This document shows, piece after piece, positions 17,517-27,285 of a stretch of 47,679 nucleotides of DNA. The position numbers were made by a program, and so were the translations under genes. Position 1 is the stretch's first letter. Every line of letters begins with the position of its first letter. Origin of the DNA: a virus (taxonomy: Duplodnaviria; Caudoviricetes); IMG/VR virus record IMGVR_UViG_3300005758_000086, positions 1 to 47,679 of that record. The stretch is one strand, 5' to 3'. Under the pieces are notes generated by a model, which was not told the origin of the DNA, ran no database searches, and saw only the letters and a list, made by a program, of their open reading frames with translations.

Positions 17517-17532
17517 AATCTATATGTTGAGA
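17517..17532. promoter_or_regulatory. candidate NrdR box
   Basis: aatCTATATGTTGaga matches the core of the consensus acaCwAtATaTwGtg; lies directly upstream of the nrdJ -35. Confidence 0.45.
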
Positions 17533-17533
17533 G

Positions 17534-17562
17534 TTTACAAAAACTAAAAACTCTGCTACAAT
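17534..17562 (+). promoter_or_regulatory. nrdJ promoter TTTACA-N14-TGC-TACAAT
   Basis: 17 nt spacer and extended -10. Confidence 0.7.
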
Positions 17563-17604
17563 TAGTTATTATTCAAATTCAATTTACTTAGGAGATTTAC
17601 GCTT

Positions 17605-19635
17605 ATGTCAGATGTTTTTTCTTTTCGGCTTTCCGATGATTTTGTTACAAAATATGCAGAAATAGAGCCTCCTTTTGGCTTTAAAGATGCTGGACTTAAC
17701 TCATTAGGAGAGATTACATTTATCCGTACTTATTCTCGTGTTAAGGATGACGGAACTAAAGAAAGATGGCATGAGGTATGTAAAAGGGTAATCGAAGGTA
17801 TGTATTCTGTACAAAAGAATCATGCAAAGGAAAACAGGCTACCTTGGAATGACTATAAAGCACAGAAGTCAGCACAAGAAGCGTTTGATCGTATGTTTAA
17901 TCTAAAGTGGACTCCACCAGGAAGAGGCCTATGGGCATTTGGCACACCAATGACTATGGAGAAGCGCAACTCTGCTGCCCTTCAAAATTGTGCCATGGTA
18001 TCAACTCGTGATATTGATAGAAATGATCCAGGGGCTTTGTTTGCTTGGGTTATGGATGCTTTAATGCTTGGTGTTGGAGTAGGGTTTGATACGGTTGGAC
18101 AAGATAAAGAAATGCCAATTTATGCACCAACAGAACCTGTTGTAACTTATCAAATTCCAGATACTCGTGAAGGATGGGTAGAAGCAACAAGAATGTTGCT
18201 TAATTCAATGCTTAGACCAAATCAAAATATTCAAGAGTTTGACTATTCTTTAATACGTCCTGCAGGAGCACCAATTAAAGGCTTTGGAGGCGTTTCAAGC
18301 GGTCCACAACCTTTGATTGATCTTCACAATAGGCTTCGTAAAGTAATCGGCTCTAGAGTCGGAGAAAGCCTTGATGCAAGGGCTATTGTTGACATTGTAA
18401 ACCTAATTGGGACATGTGTTGTTTCTGGAAATGTTAGGCGTTCTGCAACACTAGCATTAGGTGCTGCAGGTGATAATGATTTTATTAATCTAAAAAACTC
18501 AGAAGTATTTCCAGAAAGAAACTCATTTGATTCAGAAAATCCAGGATGGGCATGGATGAGTAACAATTCTATTTCTGCTACAGTTGGAACAAAATATGAA
18601 GATTATGTTGATCTTATTTCTAATAATGGTGAGCCAGGATTTATTTGGCTAGATGTTGCTAGAAATTATGGTCGTCTTGCAGACCCAGAAGATGGAAAAG
18701 ACTATCGTGTTATGGGATTTAATCCTTGTGCAGAACAACCACTAGAATCATATGAACTTTGTACGCTTGTTGAAGTTCATCTTAACCGACATGAAAACAA
18801 AGAAGACTTTTTGCGTACATTAAAGTTTGCTTATCTTTATGGCAAGACAGTTACTCTTGTTCCTACACATTGGCAGATTACAAATGGAATTATGCAGCGT
18901 AATCGCCGTATTGGCACATCTCTTACTGGCATTGCATCATTTGCTGATACTCACGGCCTTCCAGCAACTCGTGACTGGATGGATGAAGGATATCAAACAA
19001 TTCGTAAATATGACAAGCAATATTCAGAATGGCTGTGTGTTCGTGAATCAATTCGTGTAACTACAGTAAAGCCATCTGGTTCTGTCTCACTACTTTCTGG
19101 TGCTTCTCCAGGAGTTCACTGGCCAGTTGGCGGAGAATATTTCCTTCGTGCAATTAGATTTAGTGATCAAGATCCAATGTTACATTTATTTAAAGCAGCA
19201 GGATACAAGATGGAAGATGATTTAGTGTCTGCTAACACTGTTGTTGTTTATTTTCCAGTTCATTCAGGGCATCCAAGATCAGAAAAGGATGTAACTTTGT
19301 TTGAAAAGATTGGTCTTGCAGCAACAACTCAGAAGTATTGGTCTGATAATGGTGTTTCTGTAACATTGTCGTTTGATAAAGAATCAGAAACAAAACACAT
19401 TGCTCCAGCATTACATATGTATGAAGGTCAGTTAAAGGCTGTTTCGTTCCTTCCTATGGGAAATATGGTATATCCGCAACAACCATATCAACAGATTACT
19501 CAGCAAGAATATGATGACTATGTTGGTAAAATTGCAAAGATCGATTGGTCAGCAATTTATGACGGGGTACAAAACCTAGATTCTGTCGGAGAAATGTATT
19601 GCACCACAGACTATTGTGAAATTAAAGTATCATAA
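17605..19635 (+). CDS. nrdJ: class II adenosylcobalamin-dependent ribonucleotide reductase (monomeric RTPR type)
   Basis: PPGRGLW, LQNC, GNVRRSA, NPCAEQ, TTVKPSG and C-terminal CTTDYC; no beta subunit nearby. Confidence 0.93.
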   Translation: MSDVFSFRLSDDFVTKYAEIEPPFGFKDAGLNSLGEITFIRTYSRVKDDGTKERWHEVCKRVIEGMYSVQKNHAKENRLPWNDYKAQKSAQEAFDRMFNLKWTPPGRGLWAFGTPMTMEKRNSAALQNCAMVSTRDIDRNDPGALFAWVMDALMLGVGVGFDTVGQDKEMPIYAPTEPVVTYQIPDTREGWVEATRMLLNSMLRPNQNIQEFDYSLIRPAGAPIKGFGGVSSGPQPLIDLHNRLRKVIGSRVGESLDARAIVDIVNLIGTCVVSGNVRRSATLALGAAGDNDFINLKNSEVFPERNSFDSENPGWAWMSNNSISATVGTKYEDYVDLISNNGEPGFIWLDVARNYGRLADPEDGKDYRVMGFNPCAEQPLESYELCTLVEVHLNRHENKEDFLRTLKFAYLYGKTVTLVPTHWQITNGIMQRNRRIGTSLTGIASFADTHGLPATRDWMDEGYQTIRKYDKQYSEWLCVRESIRVTTVKPSGSVSLLSGASPGVHWPVGGEYFLRAIRFSDQDPMLHLFKAAGYKMEDDLVSANTVVVYFPVHSGHPRSEKDVTLFEKIGLAATTQKYWSDNGVSVTLSFDKESETKHIAPALHMYEGQLKAVSFLPMGNMVYPQQPYQQITQQEYDDYVGKIAKIDWSAIYDGVQNLDSVGEMYCTTDYCEIKVS

Positions 19636-20231
19636 TGTATTCTATTGTTAATAACATTATCGATCAAGAAAAACTTGACATGGTGTTGAACTATGCTAAA
19701 AATACAAAGTTTAATACTAAAGAAGATCATATACCTCTTCATGATCCTTTATTTTCTAATCCATATGTTGATTTTGATTTAATTACATATGGCGATTTAA
19801 ATAAAGAGATTGTTGATGAATTTATAACCATTTCTAATACAATTAAAAAAGAAACCAGCAATCTTTCTGGAATTCAATATGACGAGCCAATTTTAGGAAA
19901 AAGTTATATAGCAAGGTTTAGTCCAGGAACATATCCACTACAAGGTTATGATGCCTCTAGGCCAGAAAAAACATACACGTCTATCTTTGTTTGGGGAGAT
20001 GTATATGATGGATTTTGTTTTACTGTTGATGGCAATAAGGTATTGTTAAATCCAGGAGACTGCCTAATAATTCCAGAATCAAGCAAATATAGTCGGATAT
20101 CAAAAGAACTTTCTTCAGGAATTCTTTTTATTTCTCAGTTTTGGAATGCTCCTGCTGGCATATCTCCTTATCCAGGATTAAAGTATGAAGAAATCTATTG
20201 GGGAAATCCTTTATATGATAAAATTGGGTAG
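19635..20231 (+). CDS. 2OG-Fe(II) oxygenase-like protein with degenerate metal ligands
   Basis: Same layout as P4H-like proteins (NNIIDQE, SYIARF, NPGDCLII, ELSSG..F...FW) but GYD and YSR replace HxD and H. Confidence 0.5.
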   Translation: MYSIVNNIIDQEKLDMVLNYAKNTKFNTKEDHIPLHDPLFSNPYVDFDLITYGDLNKEIVDEFITISNTIKKETSNLSGIQYDEPILGKSYIARFSPGTYPLQGYDASRPEKTYTSIFVWGDVYDGFCFTVDGNKVLLNPGDCLIIPESSKYSRISKELSSGILFISQFWNAPAGISPYPGLKYEEIYWGNPLYDKIG

Positions 20232-20239
20232 GTGATACT

Positions 20240-23200
20240 ATGACTACCCCATCTAATTTATATGCCGAAAAGGTATATGCAGAGCATCCCATTGCTTTAT
20301 GGTCATTAGATGATAGTCTAGATTATTTACAGTTTTTATCAGAATCTAACAGATTAATAGACGAGCCAGCGTGGACAATCACTGGGGTAGATAATTATTA
20401 TACTACTTCATATATTGAAGGTGTTCCATTTCCAAATAGTTATATTTCTACAATCGAAGGAACACCAAACGCTCTGGTTGTTTTAAAAAGCCCATCGCTT
20501 GGGTCTTTAGATGATTTTCACAATAGTTTAGGAACATTTTGTACATCTTTGTATTATTATTCTAATAGCACAAATTATGATTATATTGAGATTGGATATG
20601 AGTATGTTGATTCTGATACTTTGTTAACAATAACAAATGTTAACAGATTTACAACAATAACTCAAGATGTCTGGTCTTTTTTATCTCATACATTTGCAGT
20701 TCCAGAAGATCCAGCAACCTTTAAATTTGTTATTAAAATTCAACTTAATGATAATGGATCAACTCCAGATGATTATGTTTTTTATTTTAATGGCCTAAGT
20801 GTTGGACAGTGGTCTGAAGAATTTAATGCAACTTCTTTAGGCGTTGAATCAATTAATTTACCATCATCTGTTGCACTTCAAGAACTTGGTTTAAAGGCAA
20901 TAGAATCAGATGCCTATGGATCTAATATAGACAAGGGATATTATGTTATCTCTAACAACATTTTAACTGCAAAAAATACCAGCATTCCGCTTGTTTATGG
21001 ATCTGCTGGTGTAATTAAACTTATTCCAAATTCATCAACAACCGTTATAAATGTTTTGGATGGTGGATTGCCATCAACTGTAACTTTTTCTGGTACAGTC
21101 GATGGTGGTATTGTTCCAGAATTACAAGAAGATTTTTTTGATAGTGGTCTTGTAGCAATAACTCCTTCGTATATAATTCCAGGAAAAGGTTTTTTAAATA
21201 ACTCTGGGAAATATAAAAAATATACTTTAGAGTTTTGGGCAAGAATTGAAAGTAACACAAAAGAGCCTCATAGAATCGTGGGTCCAATCGCCTCTAATGA
21301 TGGAATTTATGTTGAAAAGGGTTTTGTTACTGTTGTAATAGGCAATAAATTTGCATCACATTTTGTTGGTGAATGGATTAGACCAATGTTATTTAATTTA
21401 ATATTAAATGAACAAAATGCATCTTTGTTAATTAATGGAGAGCAAGTTTTATCATTAGACATAGATTACTCATCGCTTTCTTTGCCAAATAAATTAAATG
21501 ATGATGAAAAAGATCAAGATTATATTGGATTTTTTGCATTTAATGATGTTGAGTCTTTTGAGATTGATTCAGTTGCAATTTATCCTTATGCTGTAACAGA
21601 TATAATTGCTAAAAGAAGATTTGTTTATGGACAAGGCGTAGGCTCATCAGAAAGAATAGATAACTATTATGCTGGAGTAACCGCAGCAATTGATTATCCT
21701 GAAGCAGAATATACATCGGATTATAATTATCCAGATTTTGCAAGATGGGACCAGGCCATATTTGATAATGTTATAACTGATGGAATATCTTTGCAAACAC
21801 CAGACTACTTACTTCCTGACATATTTATTTCTGGAGCAAGTTTAGATTCTTTATATAATGATATCAATGACTTGCAAACAGCAGAAACAAAGTTTTTTAC
21901 ATTTAATCCAAATTCATCCTGGAATTCAATTAACTCATATATTCATTTTAATAGATTAGATAATTTAACGAGTGTTGTAAAAATGATTAATGCAGTGTTT
22001 TCTGTTGCAGAAAATAGCGTAGGAGAGCAAACACTTATAAAAATTTATAATGATTTTAATAATAATTATTTAAAAATTATTCAAGATGGATTAGACATTA
22101 AATATTTATTTAATTTTAATAATAACGAGATAGAACTTTATTCTTTTGAAACAACGATAAATTCACAGTTTGCATTAGGGTTTGATATTGATGCCATGTC
22201 TGCTGAATATGAAAATTTAAGTTCATTTTTTAACAATTTAAGTTTATTAAAAATGTATGTAGGAGGAGATAATTCAGGCACCAAAAAGTTTACGGGTAAA
22301 ATTTTCAGTCTTGGATTCAGTACTATAGATAACAAAAAACAATTCGAAGATTACATAGAAGTTGATGGTATTATAAATTATCAAGAGCATGATCAATTTT
22401 TAAATAATTTGTCTAGTTATACCTTGTTGCCAACTGTTAAGTATAACTCTTTCTTTTTAGATATCGGAGTTTCAGGATATTGGCAAGATTATGTGCCACT
22501 TTCTTATTTTGCAACATATGTTACAAACAGCATAGGTGGTAAATACTATGATCTTGATTTCTTACAGTTTAACGTTGACTATCCATCTCCATCAAAGACA
22601 ATAGAATCTGAAACAACTTCAGAATGGCAATACTCAGAACTAGATGATTCTTTTACTCATCCAGTAATAAAGCCTTATGCATCAATAGATAGCCAACCAC
22701 TTACTGGCTGGATAGATTATTATGATATGACACAAAATGCTGACAAATATTATAAATATGATATGTCTGATGAAGATGTAAGAACTTATATTACAATGCA
22801 ATATATTGCTGATGGGGTAAATAATTTGCAGAGCACCTTTACAACAACAACACAAATAGATGAAAACAAAGTTGTTGATTTATCAGATCACAGTCAGTGG
22901 CTAACACATAAATTTGAGGTCGTAGACGGATCTATTATCTACCCTCCTTCTGGAACTGATTTCAATGAACTTGCAATAGTTTATAGATTAGAATTTAATA
23001 CAAGAGGTATTTTAAATAAAAAAATTAAAGTAAAAAAATTACAGATTGCGTCACAAGCATTTGATAATAATAAATTTTCAAAAATTGGAACAAAGTTTGG
23101 ATATTCTTTAATTCCTTACGTTAGAAGCGGTTTGTACTATGATTATAAAACAAAAAATCCTTTTACTATTTACAAAAACTCAACACCACATTTATATATG

Positions 23201-23941
23201 ACCTCTAATAGTGGTATTGAATTAAAAGAAAATTATCAAAGTGGTATAGATAAAGGATTATACTTTACAATTAATCAAGGTCAATCAGATAACTATAAGG
23301 TTTCTGCTTTACAGTTTTGGATAAGATCAAATAATACATTTTTTCCGGGAACTAGAAAAAAATTTGCAGAAATAAACTATAATGGCGACTCTATAGAATT
23401 TTATATAGTTGCCAATAGCAATTTAGGCAATAGGGGTAGGCTTATTGCTATTAAAAAAAGCACTGGCCAGCCATTTACAGATTTAAAATATTATGTGAAT
23501 GGTAATTATGTAAGAGAGCCAGTTATTTCTAGAAGAGAATGGGCAGTTATTGGTATATCCTTTACGCAAAATCTTGATTTTGATAACTTCTTGGGGTCTT
23601 TAAACTTGACTGGGCCATATTTATTTAATTTTGTTTCTTATTATCAAGCAACCAATTTACAGTTGGCTCAAAGCAGAATTTTAAGATCCTGGTCTGAGGT
23701 AGAAGAGGAAGACTCTGTCATAAGAAATTGGACCTTCTGGGATGAAAATTATACATGGAATCAAGTTTTGGTAATAGGCACATCAGATTTATATGGTACC
23801 AACCCATCAGATATATATAAAACATATATTGGAACTAATAAAATTATAATTGATGATGATAATGGTGTTGTAATAACACCAGACAAGTTAAAGATTTATC
23901 AGGAACCTTCCTGGCAATCGTTTGTTGTTACTCCAGTATAA
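20240..23941 (+). CDS. large virion structural protein with LamG/ConA-like domains
   Basis: AEHPIALWSLDD, KYTLEFW, SLLINGEQV, IDSVAIYPY; 1233 aa, just upstream of the portal module. Confidence 0.6.
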   Translation: MTTPSNLYAEKVYAEHPIALWSLDDSLDYLQFLSESNRLIDEPAWTITGVDNYYTTSYIEGVPFPNSYISTIEGTPNALVVLKSPSLGSLDDFHNSLGTFCTSLYYYSNSTNYDYIEIGYEYVDSDTLLTITNVNRFTTITQDVWSFLSHTFAVPEDPATFKFVIKIQLNDNGSTPDDYVFYFNGLSVGQWSEEFNATSLGVESINLPSSVALQELGLKAIESDAYGSNIDKGYYVISNNILTAKNTSIPLVYGSAGVIKLIPNSSTTVINVLDGGLPSTVTFSGTVDGGIVPELQEDFFDSGLVAITPSYIIPGKGFLNNSGKYKKYTLEFWARIESNTKEPHRIVGPIASNDGIYVEKGFVTVVIGNKFASHFVGEWIRPMLFNLILNEQNASLLINGEQVLSLDIDYSSLSLPNKLNDDEKDQDYIGFFAFNDVESFEIDSVAIYPYAVTDIIAKRRFVYGQGVGSSERIDNYYAGVTAAIDYPEAEYTSDYNYPDFARWDQAIFDNVITDGISLQTPDYLLPDIFISGASLDSLYNDINDLQTAETKFFTFNPNSSWNSINSYIHFNRLDNLTSVVKMINAVFSVAENSVGEQTLIKIYNDFNNNYLKIIQDGLDIKYLFNFNNNEIELYSFETTINSQFALGFDIDAMSAEYENLSSFFNNLSLLKMYVGGDNSGTKKFTGKIFSLGFSTIDNKKQFEDYIEVDGIINYQEHDQFLNNLSSYTLLPTVKYNSFFLDIGVSGYWQDYVPLSYFATYVTNSIGGKYYDLDFLQFNVDYPSPSKTIESETTSEWQYSELDDSFTHPVIKPYASIDSQPLTGWIDYYDMTQNADKYYKYDMSDEDVRTYITMQYIADGVNNLQSTFTTTTQIDENKVVDLSDHSQWLTHKFEVVDGSIIYPPSGTDFNELAIVYRLEFNTRGILNKKIKVKKLQIASQAFDNNKFSKIGTKFGYSLIPYVRSGLYYDYKTKNPFTIYKNSTPHLYMTSNSGIELKENYQSGIDKGLYFTINQGQSDNYKVSALQFWIRSNNTFFPGTRKKFAEINYNGDSIEFYIVANSNLGNRGRLIAIKKSTGQPFTDLKYYVNGNYVREPVISRREWAVIGISFTQNLDFDNFLGSLNLTGPYLFNFVSYYQATNLQLAQSRILRSWSEVEEEDSVIRNWTFWDENYTWNQVLVIGTSDLYGTNPSDIYKTYIGTNKIIIDDDNGVVITPDKLKIYQEPSWQSFVVTPV

Positions 23942-23959
23942 TATGGTATACTTGTGGTT

Positions 23960-24325
23960 ATGAATAAGCCAAAACCAGAAAAAGTTGGTAAATCCAAACT
24001 CAAAGTAATTGAAAAAGGTTATGATTGGGGTATGTATATTTGGATTAAGCCTAATGGAAAGGCTTTTGGAGATGGACATGGAAACCTTCTTAACATTCCT
24101 TCAATGCGAGGAGATTTACAAAAAATGGCCGAATTAAGAAGAGCAGCAGAATATTATGGTTGTGAAGGTGGGCATGCAGAGTTTCATGCTGGAATTAAAA
24201 GAGTTAGTGAAATGGAATATACTGAACAGTTAGCAAGAATGCGTGAAGGTTTGATTCCAAATATGAATGATCTTGGTGCAGTTTATGACGCACAGCAAAC
24301 ATTAAAGGTACATGGTGAAGAATAA
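23960..24325 (+). CDS. hypothetical protein
   Basis: TGGTATACT 7 nt before ATG 23960; TAATG-coupled to the portal. Confidence 0.7.
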   Translation: MNKPKPEKVGKSKLKVIEKGYDWGMYIWIKPNGKAFGDGHGNLLNIPSMRGDLQKMAELRRAAEYYGCEGGHAEFHAGIKRVSEMEYTEQLARMREGLIPNMNDLGAVYDAQQTLKVHGEE

Positions 24326-25926
24326 TGAATGAAGAATATATTCTTGGCGCATCAATCAGTGATCCAGTAGAAAAAAGTGATGAATTTAAAAAAAGCGATC
24401 CTTTTGGAAAATCTTGGGATGATCTAAAAGGATTAGGAAATTTAGATCAAAATTTTAAAAGACGTACATCAAGAAACTTGGGAAAAGTAGATACAGCAGC
24501 AAATGCATATCTTAATAGCGCAAACTCAAGTCCAGCAGGTGTTGAAGATGCACGATCAAAGGCTATAAATCCTGGCGCAGTAATTAGAAATGGTTATGGT
24601 TTGTTTGATGTTATTACACCACCATACAACCTTTACGAATTAGCAAATTATTATGATACTTCATTTGCAAATCACGCAGCAATTGATGCAAAAGTAGAAA
24701 ATGTTGTAGGTCTTGGTTATGATTTTGTTGTAGGTTCACGAACAATGCTTAAACTTGAGAATGTTGAAGATGAGACTGCATTGGGTAGAGCAAGAAAGCG
24801 TATTGAACGTGCAAAAATTGAAATGAAAGATTGGCTAGAAAGTCTAAATGATGACGATAGTTTTACAAAAACAATGGAAAAAATTTATGTAGATATGCAA
24901 GCAACTGGTAACGGATATATGGAAATTGGTCGTACAGTTACTGGAGAAATTGGTTACATCGGACACATTCCTGCAACAACAATTCGTGTTCGTAGATTGC
25001 GTGATGGATATGTTCAAATAATTGGTCCATCTGTAATTTATTTTAGAAATTTTGGAGCCAAGAATCCAAATCCAATTACAACAGATCGTAGACCAAATGA
25101 AATTATTCATTTTAAGCAATACTCCCCATTAAACACATATTATGGTGTTCCAGACATTATTGCTGCACTACCAGCACTTGTTGGAGATCAACTTGCATCT
25201 CAGTATAATATTGACTACTTTGAAAATAAAGCAGTACCAAGATACATTATTACACTTAAAGGCGCAAAGTTATCTGCTGATGCAGAAGATAAGATGTTTA
25301 GATTTTTACAAACTGGACTAAAATCTCAGTCTCATAGAACTCTTTACATCCCACTTCCTGGAGATAGCGAAAACAATAAGGTTGAATTTAAAATGGATCC
25401 AATTGAAAATGGTATTCAAGAGGCTTCGTTTAATGAGTATAGAATTAGAAACCGTGATGACATTTTGATTGCCCATCAAGTGCCTATTTCCAAACTTGGT
25501 GGAGCGGATAGTGGATCTATTGCTGCTGCTTTAGCACAAGATAGAACATTTAAAGAGCAGGTCGCTAGACCAGCACAGCAGGAACTAGAAAAACTAATCA
25601 ACAAGGTTGTTCGTGAAAAAACAGATATTCTTGAACTTAAGTTTAATGAATTAACATTAACAGATGAAATCGCACAATCTCAAATTCTTGAGCGTTATGT
25701 AAAGACTCAGGTTATGATGCCAAATGAGGCTAGAGAGGTTATTGGTTTGCCACAAAGACCAGATGGTGATGCTCCATTTGAAATGTCTGCAAGACAAGCA
25801 ACCGATGCTAGAGCAAACCTTGCTGGTAATAGAGAAAGAGATTCTGAAAGAACAAACAACAACTCAGATTCTACTTCCACAATTTCTGGAAGAAATCCAC
25901 AAGGAGAGGGCAGATCTTCCACATAA
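24325..25926 (+). CDS. portal protein (PBSX/HK97-like)
   Basis: TGNGYMEI, NEIIHFK, YYGVPD, YFENKAVP, AHQVP, MPNEAREVIGL. Confidence 0.92.
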   Translation: MNEEYILGASISDPVEKSDEFKKSDPFGKSWDDLKGLGNLDQNFKRRTSRNLGKVDTAANAYLNSANSSPAGVEDARSKAINPGAVIRNGYGLFDVITPPYNLYELANYYDTSFANHAAIDAKVENVVGLGYDFVVGSRTMLKLENVEDETALGRARKRIERAKIEMKDWLESLNDDDSFTKTMEKIYVDMQATGNGYMEIGRTVTGEIGYIGHIPATTIRVRRLRDGYVQIIGPSVIYFRNFGAKNPNPITTDRRPNEIIHFKQYSPLNTYYGVPDIIAALPALVGDQLASQYNIDYFENKAVPRYIITLKGAKLSADAEDKMFRFLQTGLKSQSHRTLYIPLPGDSENNKVEFKMDPIENGIQEASFNEYRIRNRDDILIAHQVPISKLGGADSGSIAAALAQDRTFKEQVARPAQQELEKLINKVVREKTDILELKFNELTLTDEIAQSQILERYVKTQVMMPNEAREVIGLPQRPDGDAPFEMSARQATDARANLAGNRERDSERTNNNSDSTSTISGRNPQGEGRSST

Positions 25927-25967
25927 TATCAACAAACTAATAAAATAGTTGGTATAATGGATGTGAT

Positions 25968-27260
25968 ATGAGTATCATTAATAAAGCACATTGGTCAACA
26001 GAAGGAGACAACGTAAGGTTGTCAATGCCTTTTGCCAAGGTTGACAAAGAACGTAGAATTGTATCAGGTTTTGCGACACTTGATAACCTTGATAGACAAA
26101 ATGATATCGTTACAACTGACGCTAGTTTAAAGGCTTTTTCTAAGTTTAGAGGAAACATCCGTGAGATGCACCAACCTTCTGCTGTAGGTAAAATGGTTGC
26201 ATTTAAAGAAGATAAGTATTTTGATCCAGATTCAAAGAAATTCTATTCTGGCGTTTTTGTTTCTGCATATGTATCAAAAGGCGCACAAAATGCGTGGGAG
26301 AAAGTATTGGATGGAACATATACAGGTTTTTCAATAGGCGGAAGAATGAATAAGTGGGATGATGGCTATGATGAAAAGATGGACAAGCCAATTAGAATTA
26401 TTAAAGACTATGATCTTGTAGAACTATCTCTTGTTGATAATCCAGCAAATCAGTTTGCAAGTATTATTTCAATTGAAAAGGTTGACGGTGTAGATGTTCT
26501 TAAGGGTTCTGCAGCAGATATTATTGTAGAAAATGTGTTTTGGGATAAAGACTCTGGCCTTGTAATGGTTTCTGAAAACGAAACAGAGATTAGCCCAACG
26601 TCTGGACAGCCTATGAAAAATATAGGTTTTGTTGAAAAAACTGATGATGAAAAAACAGACATGATAAAGTTCTTAGTTGATAGTGCCAAAGGTATTAGTA
26701 CAACTGAGATTCAAAAGGAGGTAAGTCCTATGACAAATGAAACAACAGCAGTTGTTGAAGATGTTGAGGTCGCTCCAGAGGCAACAGATGTTGATACTGT
26801 TACCAAGAGTGTTGAGGTTGAAGAAGCACCTGTTGCTGAAACAACTGAAACAGCCGAAGCAGTTGTTGAGACTGAACTTGCCAAGTCAGAAGAGGTTGCA
26901 GTAGCAACTGAAGAGATTGTAAAATCTGACGAGGTAGTAGTCAATGCAGTTGCCGAAATTAAAGAGACTCTTGCGAGTGCCTTTGGCGATCTAGCAGCAA
27001 CTATTAAGTCATTAAATGAAGAGACTATGAAAGTAGTCCAGGCTCAAGTTGCTGAACTAAGCAAGTCCATTACAGACGTATCTAAAGAGGTAAGAAACGT
27101 CAAAGAAAGTAATGCTGAGTTTGGAAAGAGAGTAGATGCTGTAGAGCAAGATACTGCTTTCCGCAAGTCTGGCGATCTAGGCGAGATCGTACAGGAGCCA
27201 GAAATGGTTCAGAAATCCTTATGGGGCGGTCGTTTCCTCGCAACTGACCTATTTAAGTAA
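25968..27260 (+). CDS. prohead protease fused to a scaffold domain
   Basis: IREMH, TGFSIGG, ELSLVDNPAN; acidic coiled-coil C-terminal half. Confidence 0.9.
   Translation: MSIINKAHWSTEGDNVRLSMPFAKVDKERRIVSGFATLDNLDRQNDIVTTDASLKAFSKFRGNIREMHQPSAVGKMVAFKEDKYFDPDSKKFYSGVFVSAYVSKGAQNAWEKVLDGTYTGFSIGGRMNKWDDGYDEKMDKPIRIIKDYDLVELSLVDNPANQFASIISIEKVDGVDVLKGSAADIIVENVFWDKDSGLVMVSENETEISPTSGQPMKNIGFVEKTDDEKTDMIKFLVDSAKGISTTEIQKEVSPMTNETTAVVEDVEVAPEATDVDTVTKSVEVEEAPVAETTETAEAVVETELAKSEEVAVATEEIVKSDEVVVNAVAEIKETLASAFGDLAATIKSLNEETMKVVQAQVAELSKSITDVSKEVRNVKESNAEFGKRVDAVEQDTAFRKSGDLGEIVQEPEMVQKSLWGGRFLATDLFK
26730..27260 (+). CDS. nested in-frame scaffolding protein
   Basis: AAGGAGGT SD (26715-26722) before the in-frame ATG 26730 at the domain boundary. 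Confidence 0.6.
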   Translation: MTNETTAVVEDVEVAPEATDVDTVTKSVEVEEAPVAETTETAEAVVETELAKSEEVAVATEEIVKSDEVVVNAVAEIKETLASAFGDLAATIKSLNEETMKVVQAQVAELSKSITDVSKEVRNVKESNAEFGKRVDAVEQDTAFRKSGDLGEIVQEPEMVQKSLWGGRFLATDLFK

Positions 27261-27285
27261 GGAAATTCACTAGGAGGTGAACAAT

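Noticed and set aside
17605-19635. Intein, intron or cobalamin riboswitch at nrdJ
   Set aside because: The gene is continuous and of normal size; the leader is only ~35 nt
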